DNA from: a virus
Virus record (IMG/VR): IMGVR_UViG_3300027690_000123
Location: 49,991 to 113,990 of that record
Reading direction: 5' to 3' (one strand)
DNA: 64,000 nucleotides
The position numbers were made by a program, and so were the translations under genes. Under the pieces are notes generated by a model. The model was not told where the DNA came from. It saw nothing but the letters and a program-made list of their open reading frames with translations, and did not search any database. Position 1 is the stretch's first letter; each line of letters opens with the position of its first letter. Below are positions 28,275-35,400 of this stretch, piece by piece.

Positions 28275-28679
28275 ATGACACCTATTGTGGAACTCGTTCG
28301 GCTTGAAACCGGGAAACAGGGCACTTTCGGTGCCTTGTTGATTTGTAAAAAGGTTTTCTGCTTCACCCTGGAGCCGCCGGCCCGATTGAATAAGAAGCGG
28401 GTCAGCAGCATTCCGCCAAGCCAGTACATTTGTTGGCGGCACCAATCACCCCGATTCGGTGAAACTTTCCAGATTCTCGAGGTGCCGGATCGGTCGGAGA
28501 TCCTTTTCCATTCCGGAAATGTCGTCACCAACACGGAGGGGTGCATTCTTCTTGGTTCGACAATCGGGAAGCTCAAGGGCGACCGAGCAGTGCTTAACAG
28601 CGGGGACACGTTTAAGGCGTTCATGAAAGCGGTTGAAGGGTTTCAGGCCTTTCACCTGACCATCCGTGAAGTCTATTAG
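28275..28679 (+). CDS. DUF5675-family peptidase, putative endolysin
   Basis: CFTLEP...IPPSQY...ILFHSGN...TEGCILLG. Confidence 0.75.
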   Translation: MTPIVELVRLETGKQGTFGALLICKKVFCFTLEPPARLNKKRVSSIPPSQYICWRHQSPRFGETFQILEVPDRSEILFHSGNVVTNTEGCILLGSTIGKLKGDRAVLNSGDTFKAFMKAVEGFQAFHLTIREVY

Positions 28680-28695
28680 GAAAGGGGGTGTTCGT

Positions 28696-28911
28696 ATGTT
28701 CGAAGCAATTGTAGAATTTATCAAATGGTTTTTCAGTCTCAAGATGGATGCCGTGACGCTGCCGTGGGTTGATGCCAATAAGATCACCATCGGCTTTTTC
28801 CTGGGCGCCCCGTACATGATCTATCGCTGGTATCGCAACAGCGTCAATAAGATCAAGAATCTCGACACAGAGCTGGACAAGCAGGAAGCCGGCGACAAGG
28901 CGGAGGGATAA
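28696..28911 (+). CDS. Small TM protein (holin/antiholin-like)
   Basis: One clear TM segment plus a charged tail; follows the lysin candidate. Confidence 0.45.
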   Translation: MFEAIVEFIKWFFSLKMDAVTLPWVDANKITIGFFLGAPYMIYRWYRNSVNKIKNLDTELDKQEAGDKAEG

Positions 28912-28914
28912 CCG

Positions 28915-29310
28915 ATGGCTGGAGTCAAGGCAATGACGGTGCTTTTCGCCCCTCCGGATTACTGGGCCCTGACCGAAGACCAGCGCAATGAGATTTGCAA
29001 CGGTTGTGGTCCCAAGGGGCTCGACTATTTGGTCCCTGACACCATTTGGTTTCTTTCGATCAAGGAAGCATGCCGCATTCACGATTTCATGTATGAAATG
29101 GGTGAAACGCTTGCCGACAAGGAAGCAGCCGACCGCATATTTCGGAATAACATGGTCCGGATCATCGAGGCGAATCCCACCTGGCGTTGGCTCACGCTAA
29201 AGCGGCTCGAACGGGCCGAATTTTACTACAACATGGTTGACAAATACGGCGGCCCCTCGTTCTGGAAAGGAAAGAACAAACCCGAAGAACTGGGACTGGC
29301 CTTTGCGTAA
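28915..29310 (+). CDS. Phospholipase A2-like/DUF1353-like helical protein
   Basis: CNGCGP...ACRIHDFMY...ADRIF resembles the PLA2 xCxxHD catalytic helix. Confidence 0.5.
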   Translation: MAGVKAMTVLFAPPDYWALTEDQRNEICNGCGPKGLDYLVPDTIWFLSIKEACRIHDFMYEMGETLADKEAADRIFRNNMVRIIEANPTWRWLTLKRLERAEFYYNMVDKYGGPSFWKGKNKPEELGLAFA

Positions 29311-29337
29311 CCAATTCAACACAAGGAGTAAAGACGT

Positions 29338-29841
29338 ATGAAACAGCTCAAGTTTCTTTGCATCATGCTGGCCATGATCATGATCGTCGCCCCGATCGTC
29401 GGGTGCGGCACCCTTACAACCACGACCGATTCGGTGTGCAACTACATCCCCGAGGGGCAAACATCGGTCATCTGTGCTGTCGCTGACTATTACAATGTCG
29501 CTCCGGAATCCGTGGCCAAGATTATCAAGATTGGCAACGTGGCGGCCCTGGCCGGTGATGTGTATTCGGCCAAAAGCGCAATGGCATTTTTGGATGAGGT
29601 TGAAACGTTTTTGAAAGAGTCCAAAGTCAATGGCCTTACCTATGCGGCCGCGATTACGGCGGCAAAGGCGAAATATGAGGTTCTGCCGGAAAAGACGAAA
29701 GGGGTTCTTGTCATTCTAGAGGAATTTGTCGTCACTCAGACTGCTTATGCTGGTGATCCGCTTCAGGATTACGATTACATGATTCTGCTTATGGGTATCG
29801 AGGATCAGCGTAAAGTCATCCGACCTTTCTTGATAATCTAA
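29338..29841 (+). CDS. Lipoprotein (spanin-like position)
   Basis: Signal II lipobox IVG-C. Confidence 0.6.
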   Translation: MKQLKFLCIMLAMIMIVAPIVGCGTLTTTTDSVCNYIPEGQTSVICAVADYYNVAPESVAKIIKIGNVAALAGDVYSAKSAMAFLDEVETFLKESKVNGLTYAAAITAAKAKYEVLPEKTKGVLVILEEFVVTQTAYAGDPLQDYDYMILLMGIEDQRKVIRPFLII

Positions 29842-29890
29842 GTTTGCCGGGAGGCGCTATTCGTGCGCCGTGTTTCGCTACCTTGGCACC

Positions 29891-29927
29891 ACCCCCGAGC
29901 CTATTGGTACGGCTCGGGGGTTAATTT
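29891..29927 (+). terminator. Hairpin, probable intrinsic terminator
   Basis: ACCCCCGAGCC / GGCTCGGGGGT stem followed by TAATTT. Confidence 0.55.
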
Positions 29928-29958
29928 CATCAGGTGAGCCGTCAACGGGGATAGGGCA

Positions 29959-30669
29959 ATGGGTTTAATCGTTCAATCAAAAGGATCGCTCGAATCGGCC
30001 TTGTCGATGTTGACCCGTTTGCTTGCAGTCGATGGGGATGGGTCAGGGTTGGATGCCGATACTCTCGACGGGTCGCATGCTGCGGCGTTTGAACCTGCTT
30101 TTTCTAAAAATACAGCTTTTAACAAGGATTTTGGGGTAACCGCCGGAAGCGTCTGCGAAGGAAACGACGCCCGACTGTCGGCTGGTTTTCCGACCGGCAC
30201 CATTATGCTGTTCGGTCAAACAACTCCGCCGACCGGATGGACAAAAATTACCGACCACAACGACAAAGCATTGAGGGTAGTTTCTGGAACGGCTGGGTCA
30301 GGGGGGTCGGTTGCTTTCAGCACGGTCATGTCGAGTGCGAGGCTGTGCTCCAGCGTAACCGCCACCGGGACGGTGGGGTCAACAACACTGACCATAACAA
30401 CCATGCCAAGCCATGATCACTTTATCGCAAGTTCTGATACTTCATCTTCGTCTTTGAGTTCGTCTAACTACTTGGTTCGTCAATCCACGGTTTATAGCGG
30501 TGATCGTGCGGCGTATCTGGCGGGTAGTGCGACAGTCCCGAATATCGGTAACTCTCAATCCGTCGGTGGCGGTAGTTCTCATACTCATGGGTTCACAGGT
30601 ACAGCTCATCAACATTCTACCAATCTGGAAATTCAATATGTCGATGTCGTCCTGGCCTCGAAGGATTAA
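29959..30669 (+). CDS. Tail-fibre protein with a tail-collar domain
   Basis: GSGLDADTLDG; FPTGTIMLFGQTTPPTGW; TTLTITTMPSHDH. Confidence 0.75.
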   Translation: MGLIVQSKGSLESALSMLTRLLAVDGDGSGLDADTLDGSHAAAFEPAFSKNTAFNKDFGVTAGSVCEGNDARLSAGFPTGTIMLFGQTTPPTGWTKITDHNDKALRVVSGTAGSGGSVAFSTVMSSARLCSSVTATGTVGSTTLTITTMPSHDHFIASSDTSSSSLSSSNYLVRQSTVYSGDRAAYLAGSATVPNIGNSQSVGGGSSHTHGFTGTAHQHSTNLEIQYVDVVLASKD

Positions 30670-30678
30670 GGGGGGATC

Positions 30679-33165
30679 ATGATCATTACCGCGATTTTCA
30701 AAAATCAAGGTGTCCCGGCAACAGGGCTTACTCCCACCATCGACATATACAACGTCACAGGGAGCGTTCAGGTCGTGACGGCAGCGGCCATGAGCGAAGT
30801 GGGCGGGGGAATTTACAGATACGATTTTGCCGCTTTCAACCCAGCTCTGGATTATGCGGTCGTTTGTGATGGGGGGTCGAGCCTGGGGAATGCCGATCGA
30901 TACGCTGCGGGTGGCACGACGGTTGAAGGGATGGCTGAACAGATACTTGCCGATACCGCCGAAATGCAGACTGACTTGGCCAATGGCGGTCGCTTGGATC
31001 TCTTGGTCGATGGTATTAAAGCCAAAACAGATCTCATTCCTGCGGATCCGGCTGACCAGTCTCAAATCGAGGCTGCTATCGCTGCTGCGGAAGCAAATAT
31101 CCGCGGAGCTGCTGCGGATACCTTGGGAACGCTTTCCGACCAGATCGATGCCGTTGATACAGTGGTGGATGCAATTAAGCTGAAAACCGATTCGCTTCCG
31201 GCCGACCCGGCGAGTCAGGCGGCGGTGCTTTCGGCGGTCAGCACCTCGGAGTCAAATATCCGCGGTGCCGATTCCGACACATTGAAGGGGTTGTCGGACC
31301 AGATCGATGCCGTCCAGGCCCAAACCGACCTCATTCCTGCTACTCCGGTAGATCAACTGTCGATTGAGGCGGCCCTTGCCGCTGTTGAAGCAAATATCCG
31401 GGGCATTGATGGTGATACGTTAAAAATCATTTCCGATCAGATCGATGCCGTTGATGCCGTTGCTGACGCTATCAAATTGAAAACAGATAGCCTGCCGCCG
31501 GATCCTGCCGCCGGTTCGAGTGTCGTTGCGGCGATCTCAGCCGCCCAGGCTGCGATCATTGGCGGGGATGGGGATTCCCTCGAACTGCTCTCCGATCAGC
31601 TCGACAGCAACTTGTCCGCCATCCAGGCGGTTCAGAACAACACCACTATACGGATTGATGTGCCGGCCCGTTTGGTGCGTCCGGATGTTGGGGCCAAGAC
31701 TTATCGGATCATCCTCGGACTTTACGACACCAATGGCAATCCCGAAGTGCCGGACAGTGCGCCATCGATCCAAATCGAGAACGTGAGCGGGTCTGAGAGG
31801 CTCGCCATTACGTTCATGACTCAATACACGGGTCAGCCTGGGCAATACTATTATGATTACGCCATCGCCTCCGTATCGGCCTTGGAAATTTTGGTCGTAA
31901 CCATTGGGGTGACCGAAGGCGGGGTGACCACTTATCATCGCCGGAGTACCGAGGTGACCGAATTCGAGGCCGACTTGAATGAAGTCCAGGCCAATGTCTC
32001 GGCGATCAAGGCAAGGACGGATCTTTTGCCGGCCAACACGGCCACGGAGCTGTCCACCATCCAAGGTTCTGTCGCCGGGGTGCAGAACAGTCTCGACAGC
32101 GGGGTAAGCGGCCTTGCGGCAATCAAAGCGGTGACTGATGCAATCCAGGCCAAGACGACCAATTTGCCAGATAATACGGCCAGCGAATTAAATGCCATCG
32201 ATGGGGACAATGCGACGATCATCGCTTTGCTTCAGAACGCTTCCTATGGCCTCAGTGCTCTTAGGGTCTTGATCGAGGCTATCGATACCAGCGCGGAGCT
32301 GGCTGCCCGGTTCAATGAGATTAAAGGGGCGGGCTGGGCGACAGAGACATTGACGGGCCTTGATGCTTTGCTGGACGCCATTAAGGCACGGACGGATTTT
32401 CTCCCTGTCAGCACCATTGCCGAGTTAAATGCCATCGATGTTTCGATTGCTGGCTTGGCGACTGATGTTGGAGAGCATGACACGGATATAAAGACGTTGC
32501 TTCAGAATGCGACCTACGGGTTGTCGGCGTTGAGAACCTTGCTCGATACCATCAACGCGGATACCACTTCCGGCGTTCAGGCCATGTTCGATGAAATCAA
32601 GGGCGTTGGGTGGATGGCAGAAACCTTGGTTGCTTTGGATGGGCTTCTTGATTCCATCAAAAATCAGACAGATCGCTTGCCGGCGGATCCTGCATCTCAA
32701 AGCCGGGTTGGAACCGCCATCAGCGAGACCGAGGGGCGCCTGGCCCTGGCCCACAACAACATCTTTGCTGCCATCGTCAATCCAGGGGAACAGTTGACCC
32801 GGATTGAAACTGCGGTCGGTGAGGTAAAGGAAAAGACCGACAATCTGCCGACCAATACGGCCGTTGAACTTTCAGATATTGAAACGCTGGTCGGTGCGAT
32901 CAATGCCGCCACTTCCGAGGCTGGGATTCCGGCCGACATCCAGGCAATGATTACGAACCTTCAAAACGCCGTGACGACCTTGATTAACGCCGTGCAGGCA
33001 GATGTCACCTTCATTCGGGATATCGAGGGTGGTCGCTGGCGGATCGTGGGCACTCAGATGGTTTTCTACAAAGAGGATAACGTGACGGAGGTTGCCCGGT
33101 TCAATCTTTTCGATGTCAATGGGAGTGAATCCGCCAGCAACGTCTTTGAACGGCAGAGGGTGTGA
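30679..33165 (+). CDS. 828-aa repetitive coiled-coil virion/fibre-like protein
   Basis: Five ~36-43 aa repeats (KTD.LP.DP...NIRG.D.DTL..LSDQIDAV) and a duplicated LQNA.YGLSALR...EIKG.GW unit. Confidence 0.7.
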   Translation: MIITAIFKNQGVPATGLTPTIDIYNVTGSVQVVTAAAMSEVGGGIYRYDFAAFNPALDYAVVCDGGSSLGNADRYAAGGTTVEGMAEQILADTAEMQTDLANGGRLDLLVDGIKAKTDLIPADPADQSQIEAAIAAAEANIRGAAADTLGTLSDQIDAVDTVVDAIKLKTDSLPADPASQAAVLSAVSTSESNIRGADSDTLKGLSDQIDAVQAQTDLIPATPVDQLSIEAALAAVEANIRGIDGDTLKIISDQIDAVDAVADAIKLKTDSLPPDPAAGSSVVAAISAAQAAIIGGDGDSLELLSDQLDSNLSAIQAVQNNTTIRIDVPARLVRPDVGAKTYRIILGLYDTNGNPEVPDSAPSIQIENVSGSERLAITFMTQYTGQPGQYYYDYAIASVSALEILVVTIGVTEGGVTTYHRRSTEVTEFEADLNEVQANVSAIKARTDLLPANTATELSTIQGSVAGVQNSLDSGVSGLAAIKAVTDAIQAKTTNLPDNTASELNAIDGDNATIIALLQNASYGLSALRVLIEAIDTSAELAARFNEIKGAGWATETLTGLDALLDAIKARTDFLPVSTIAELNAIDVSIAGLATDVGEHDTDIKTLLQNATYGLSALRTLLDTINADTTSGVQAMFDEIKGVGWMAETLVALDGLLDSIKNQTDRLPADPASQSRVGTAISETEGRLALAHNNIFAAIVNPGEQLTRIETAVGEVKEKTDNLPTNTAVELSDIETLVGAINAATSEAGIPADIQAMITNLQNAVTTLINAVQADVTFIRDIEGGRWRIVGTQMVFYKEDNVTEVARFNLFDVNGSESASNVFERQRV

Positions 33166-33341
33166 TGCTGATAAGCAGGGGCTTCGGGGATACAACGGAA
33201 GGAATGGTCATGGGCTACGAAATAGGCATTGATTTCGGAACCGGGATGGAAGTTGCCGCTATCGAGTTGGCGGAAGAAACCGTCATCGATTTGGAATTTG
33301 ATGGCACGATGGAAATCGAGGTTGAACTTGACGATATGTAG
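33165..33341 (+). CDS. 58-aa acidic protein (not in ORF track)
   Basis: TGATG overlap; MLISRGFGDTTEG...IEVELDDM. Confidence 0.55.
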   Translation: MLISRGFGDTTEGMVMGYEIGIDFGTGMEVAAIELAEETVIDLEFDGTMEIEVELDDM

Positions 33342-33355
33342 TGGGGGTCGAGGAT

Positions 33356-33682
33356 ATGAAATACAAATTTAAACAGGGCGAAGGAAAGACTTTGTCGTTC
33401 AGCGTGACTCGCGGTGGGGTTGCTTACACCGATTTGGCTTCCGCCTTAGACTTGACGTTCGTGGTCAAGCAATCGAAAAGCGATTCAGAGGCGTTGATCA
33501 GTAAAGTCAAAGAGGATTTCACCATCGAATCGAATGTGGCCCGGGTGGGAGTTCTGGATTCTGATACGGCGGGGTTATCTCCGGGATCATATGTCGGTGA
33601 GTTGACCATTGCCGTGGCGGCCGATGATACGGTGAAATCGGCGGATATTGAGATCGAAATCGAACGCTCTGTCTCCGTGTAA
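33356..33682 (+). CDS. BppU N-terminal-like beta-sandwich virion protein
   Basis: FKQGEGKTLSFSV...DTAGLSPGSYVGELTI. Confidence 0.55.
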   Translation: MKYKFKQGEGKTLSFSVTRGGVAYTDLASALDLTFVVKQSKSDSEALISKVKEDFTIESNVARVGVLDSDTAGLSPGSYVGELTIAVAADDTVKSADIEIEIERSVSV

Positions 33683-33697
33683 AAGAAAAGAGGCTGT

Positions 33698-34717
33698 ATG
33701 CAGATCAACGGGATTGCGCTGGATGAAAAACAGGCCGGGTATTATCGGGCGTTGAAAATCAAAAATCCGGCGTTGGCCAATAAGTTTTTGACCGATATCC
33801 GCAAGAAGCAGGACCGGGCCAAGGAAATTAAACAAGATTTCGTGCATCAGCTCCGGCGGGAAGCAACCGAGATCGGGCAGTTGGCAGAGCTGGATAACAG
33901 GGGGGTGCATAACTTTTCGTTGGGATGCCTGGATGCCTATTTCTATTTGCATGAATACATTCAAGAGGGTCGGGCATTCCTCTATCGAGGCCGGGTTCTG
34001 GTTTTGCCGTCACGCACCGGCGGGTGGAAATCGTTCGTCTTCCGATATGTCCAGGCAGACCTGCCGGCATTGATGGAATTGCAAAAGGCGGGAATCGTCT
34101 ATTCGCTCGATCCGATTCCGGGGCTTCCCAACCAGAGCAAGTTCAAAGAGATCGCCTACGACCTGAGTCTGGTTTTCGACCCTGCTTCATATCCGAATAC
34201 GAAGAAGCGAAAAAACAAGATCCGTCATCCGCTGACTTACATCCGCACCGGCGGTTTTGTGATCGAACCGGTTTGCCAGGAGAACTTGGGCGAGTGCCGC
34301 CGGCTGCATGACTTATGGGTGGATCATAAATTAGCGGATGAAAGAACCTTTCAAATCATGTTCCCCAGGCGGAGGTATTACCGCTGCGCTGAAAGGGCCG
34401 CTATGGGGGTGCTGGAGGGGTTGGCGGGGGTTTCGTATGAGGGGCGGGTCTTCAGGCTTGAGGGGGATGTGATCGGCGTAAATATCATGTCGGTGGAAAA
34501 GAAACGGTCTTACGGTTTGGCCATGTTTGGCAATACCTGGGATCCCCAGTTCAACCGGTTGATGGCGGCAACGGATCTTTGGTACTGGCGGAAGTTTCTT
34601 TACGAAGGGATTACTTTTTACAACGCTGGAACCACGGTCAACGCGGATCACAAGTCTTTCAAAGCACGGTACCCACATTTCATCGTTGAGTCTTATATGT
34701 ACGGCCGGGTCAAGTGA
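33698..34717 (+). CDS. DUF2156/LPG_synthase_C-like GNAT-fold protein
   Basis: KRKNKIRHP; FRLEGDVIG; FYNAG...KSFKARYP resembles the DUF2156 C-terminal N..G...K..Y.P pattern. Confidence 0.5.
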   Translation: MQINGIALDEKQAGYYRALKIKNPALANKFLTDIRKKQDRAKEIKQDFVHQLRREATEIGQLAELDNRGVHNFSLGCLDAYFYLHEYIQEGRAFLYRGRVLVLPSRTGGWKSFVFRYVQADLPALMELQKAGIVYSLDPIPGLPNQSKFKEIAYDLSLVFDPASYPNTKKRKNKIRHPLTYIRTGGFVIEPVCQENLGECRRLHDLWVDHKLADERTFQIMFPRRRYYRCAERAAMGVLEGLAGVSYEGRVFRLEGDVIGVNIMSVEKKRSYGLAMFGNTWDPQFNRLMAATDLWYWRKFLYEGITFYNAGTTVNADHKSFKARYPHFIVESYMYGRVK

Positions 34718-34756
34718 TTTACATATCTGCTTGCGGAAAAGCGGCTTCCCGTGATA

Positions 34757-34770
34757 AAGTAAGTAATTAC
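34757..34770. promoter_or_regulatory. Palindromic motif copy (AAGTAAGTAATTAC)
   Basis: Ahead of the InPase gene. Confidence 0.7.
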
Positions 34771-34795
34771 GTTGACATTCGGAGGGATAGTCTCG

Positions 34796-35380
34796 ATGCT
34801 GATCATCGACCTTGAAAAAGCGGCCTATAAACTCCAGGGCCGAACGGACTTCCAGGGTTTAAACATTTCGATTGAAAACCGAAAGGGGTCGGTTCGCCGC
34901 GGGGTGGATAAAGATGGTCACGAATGGCAGACCAAGATGAAACATGCCTACGGGTATATCCGCCTTTCTGATGAGGTTCGCCGTAAGGGGGCCGACGGTG
35001 ACCATGTCGATTGCTTTATCGGGCCTTCCCGCGGGTCTGAGCGGGTTTTCGTGGTGCATTTGAACCGGGCAGACAATGAAAAGTTCGATGAGGATAAAGT
35101 GTTTCTCGGTTTCGACTCCAAGGATGAGGCCAAGGCTGCTTTTGATGCCAATTACGACAAGGTGGGACAACGGCTCTACGGCGGCATGACTGAGATGGAC
35201 ATGTCTGCATTCAAGCAGCGCCTGGCGGCACGATCCAAGGGGATGATAAAATCGCTCCGGTTCGAGGGCAAGGATTCTCGCCCGGATTCGGGGTTGAAGA
35301 AATCTTTGGCTGCGGATTTGATGCACGTTTTGATGGTACCTGGCCGCCCTATTTTTGCGTCTAAACGCGAAAGTAATTGA
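34796..35380 (+). CDS. InPase (phage polyvalent-protein inorganic-pyrophosphatase-like) domain protein
   Basis: ISIENRKGSVR...MKHAYGYI...GADGDHVDCFIG...FDEDKVFLGF. Confidence 0.82.
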   Translation: MLIIDLEKAAYKLQGRTDFQGLNISIENRKGSVRRGVDKDGHEWQTKMKHAYGYIRLSDEVRRKGADGDHVDCFIGPSRGSERVFVVHLNRADNEKFDEDKVFLGFDSKDEAKAAFDANYDKVGQRLYGGMTEMDMSAFKQRLAARSKGMIKSLRFEGKDSRPDSGLKKSLAADLMHVLMVPGRPIFASKRESN

Positions 35381-35384
35381 TTAC
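35371..35384. promoter_or_regulatory. Palindromic motif copy (AAGTAATTGATTAC)
   Basis: Overlaps the InPase stop, ahead of the ART gene. Confidence 0.7.
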
Positions 35385-35400
35385 GTTGATGAGGGATAAG

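Noticed and set aside
30950-31620. Nucleotide repeats as a DGR template/variable pair or invertible segment
   Set aside because: In-frame protein repeats with dispersed changes; no reverse transcriptase or invertase in the window
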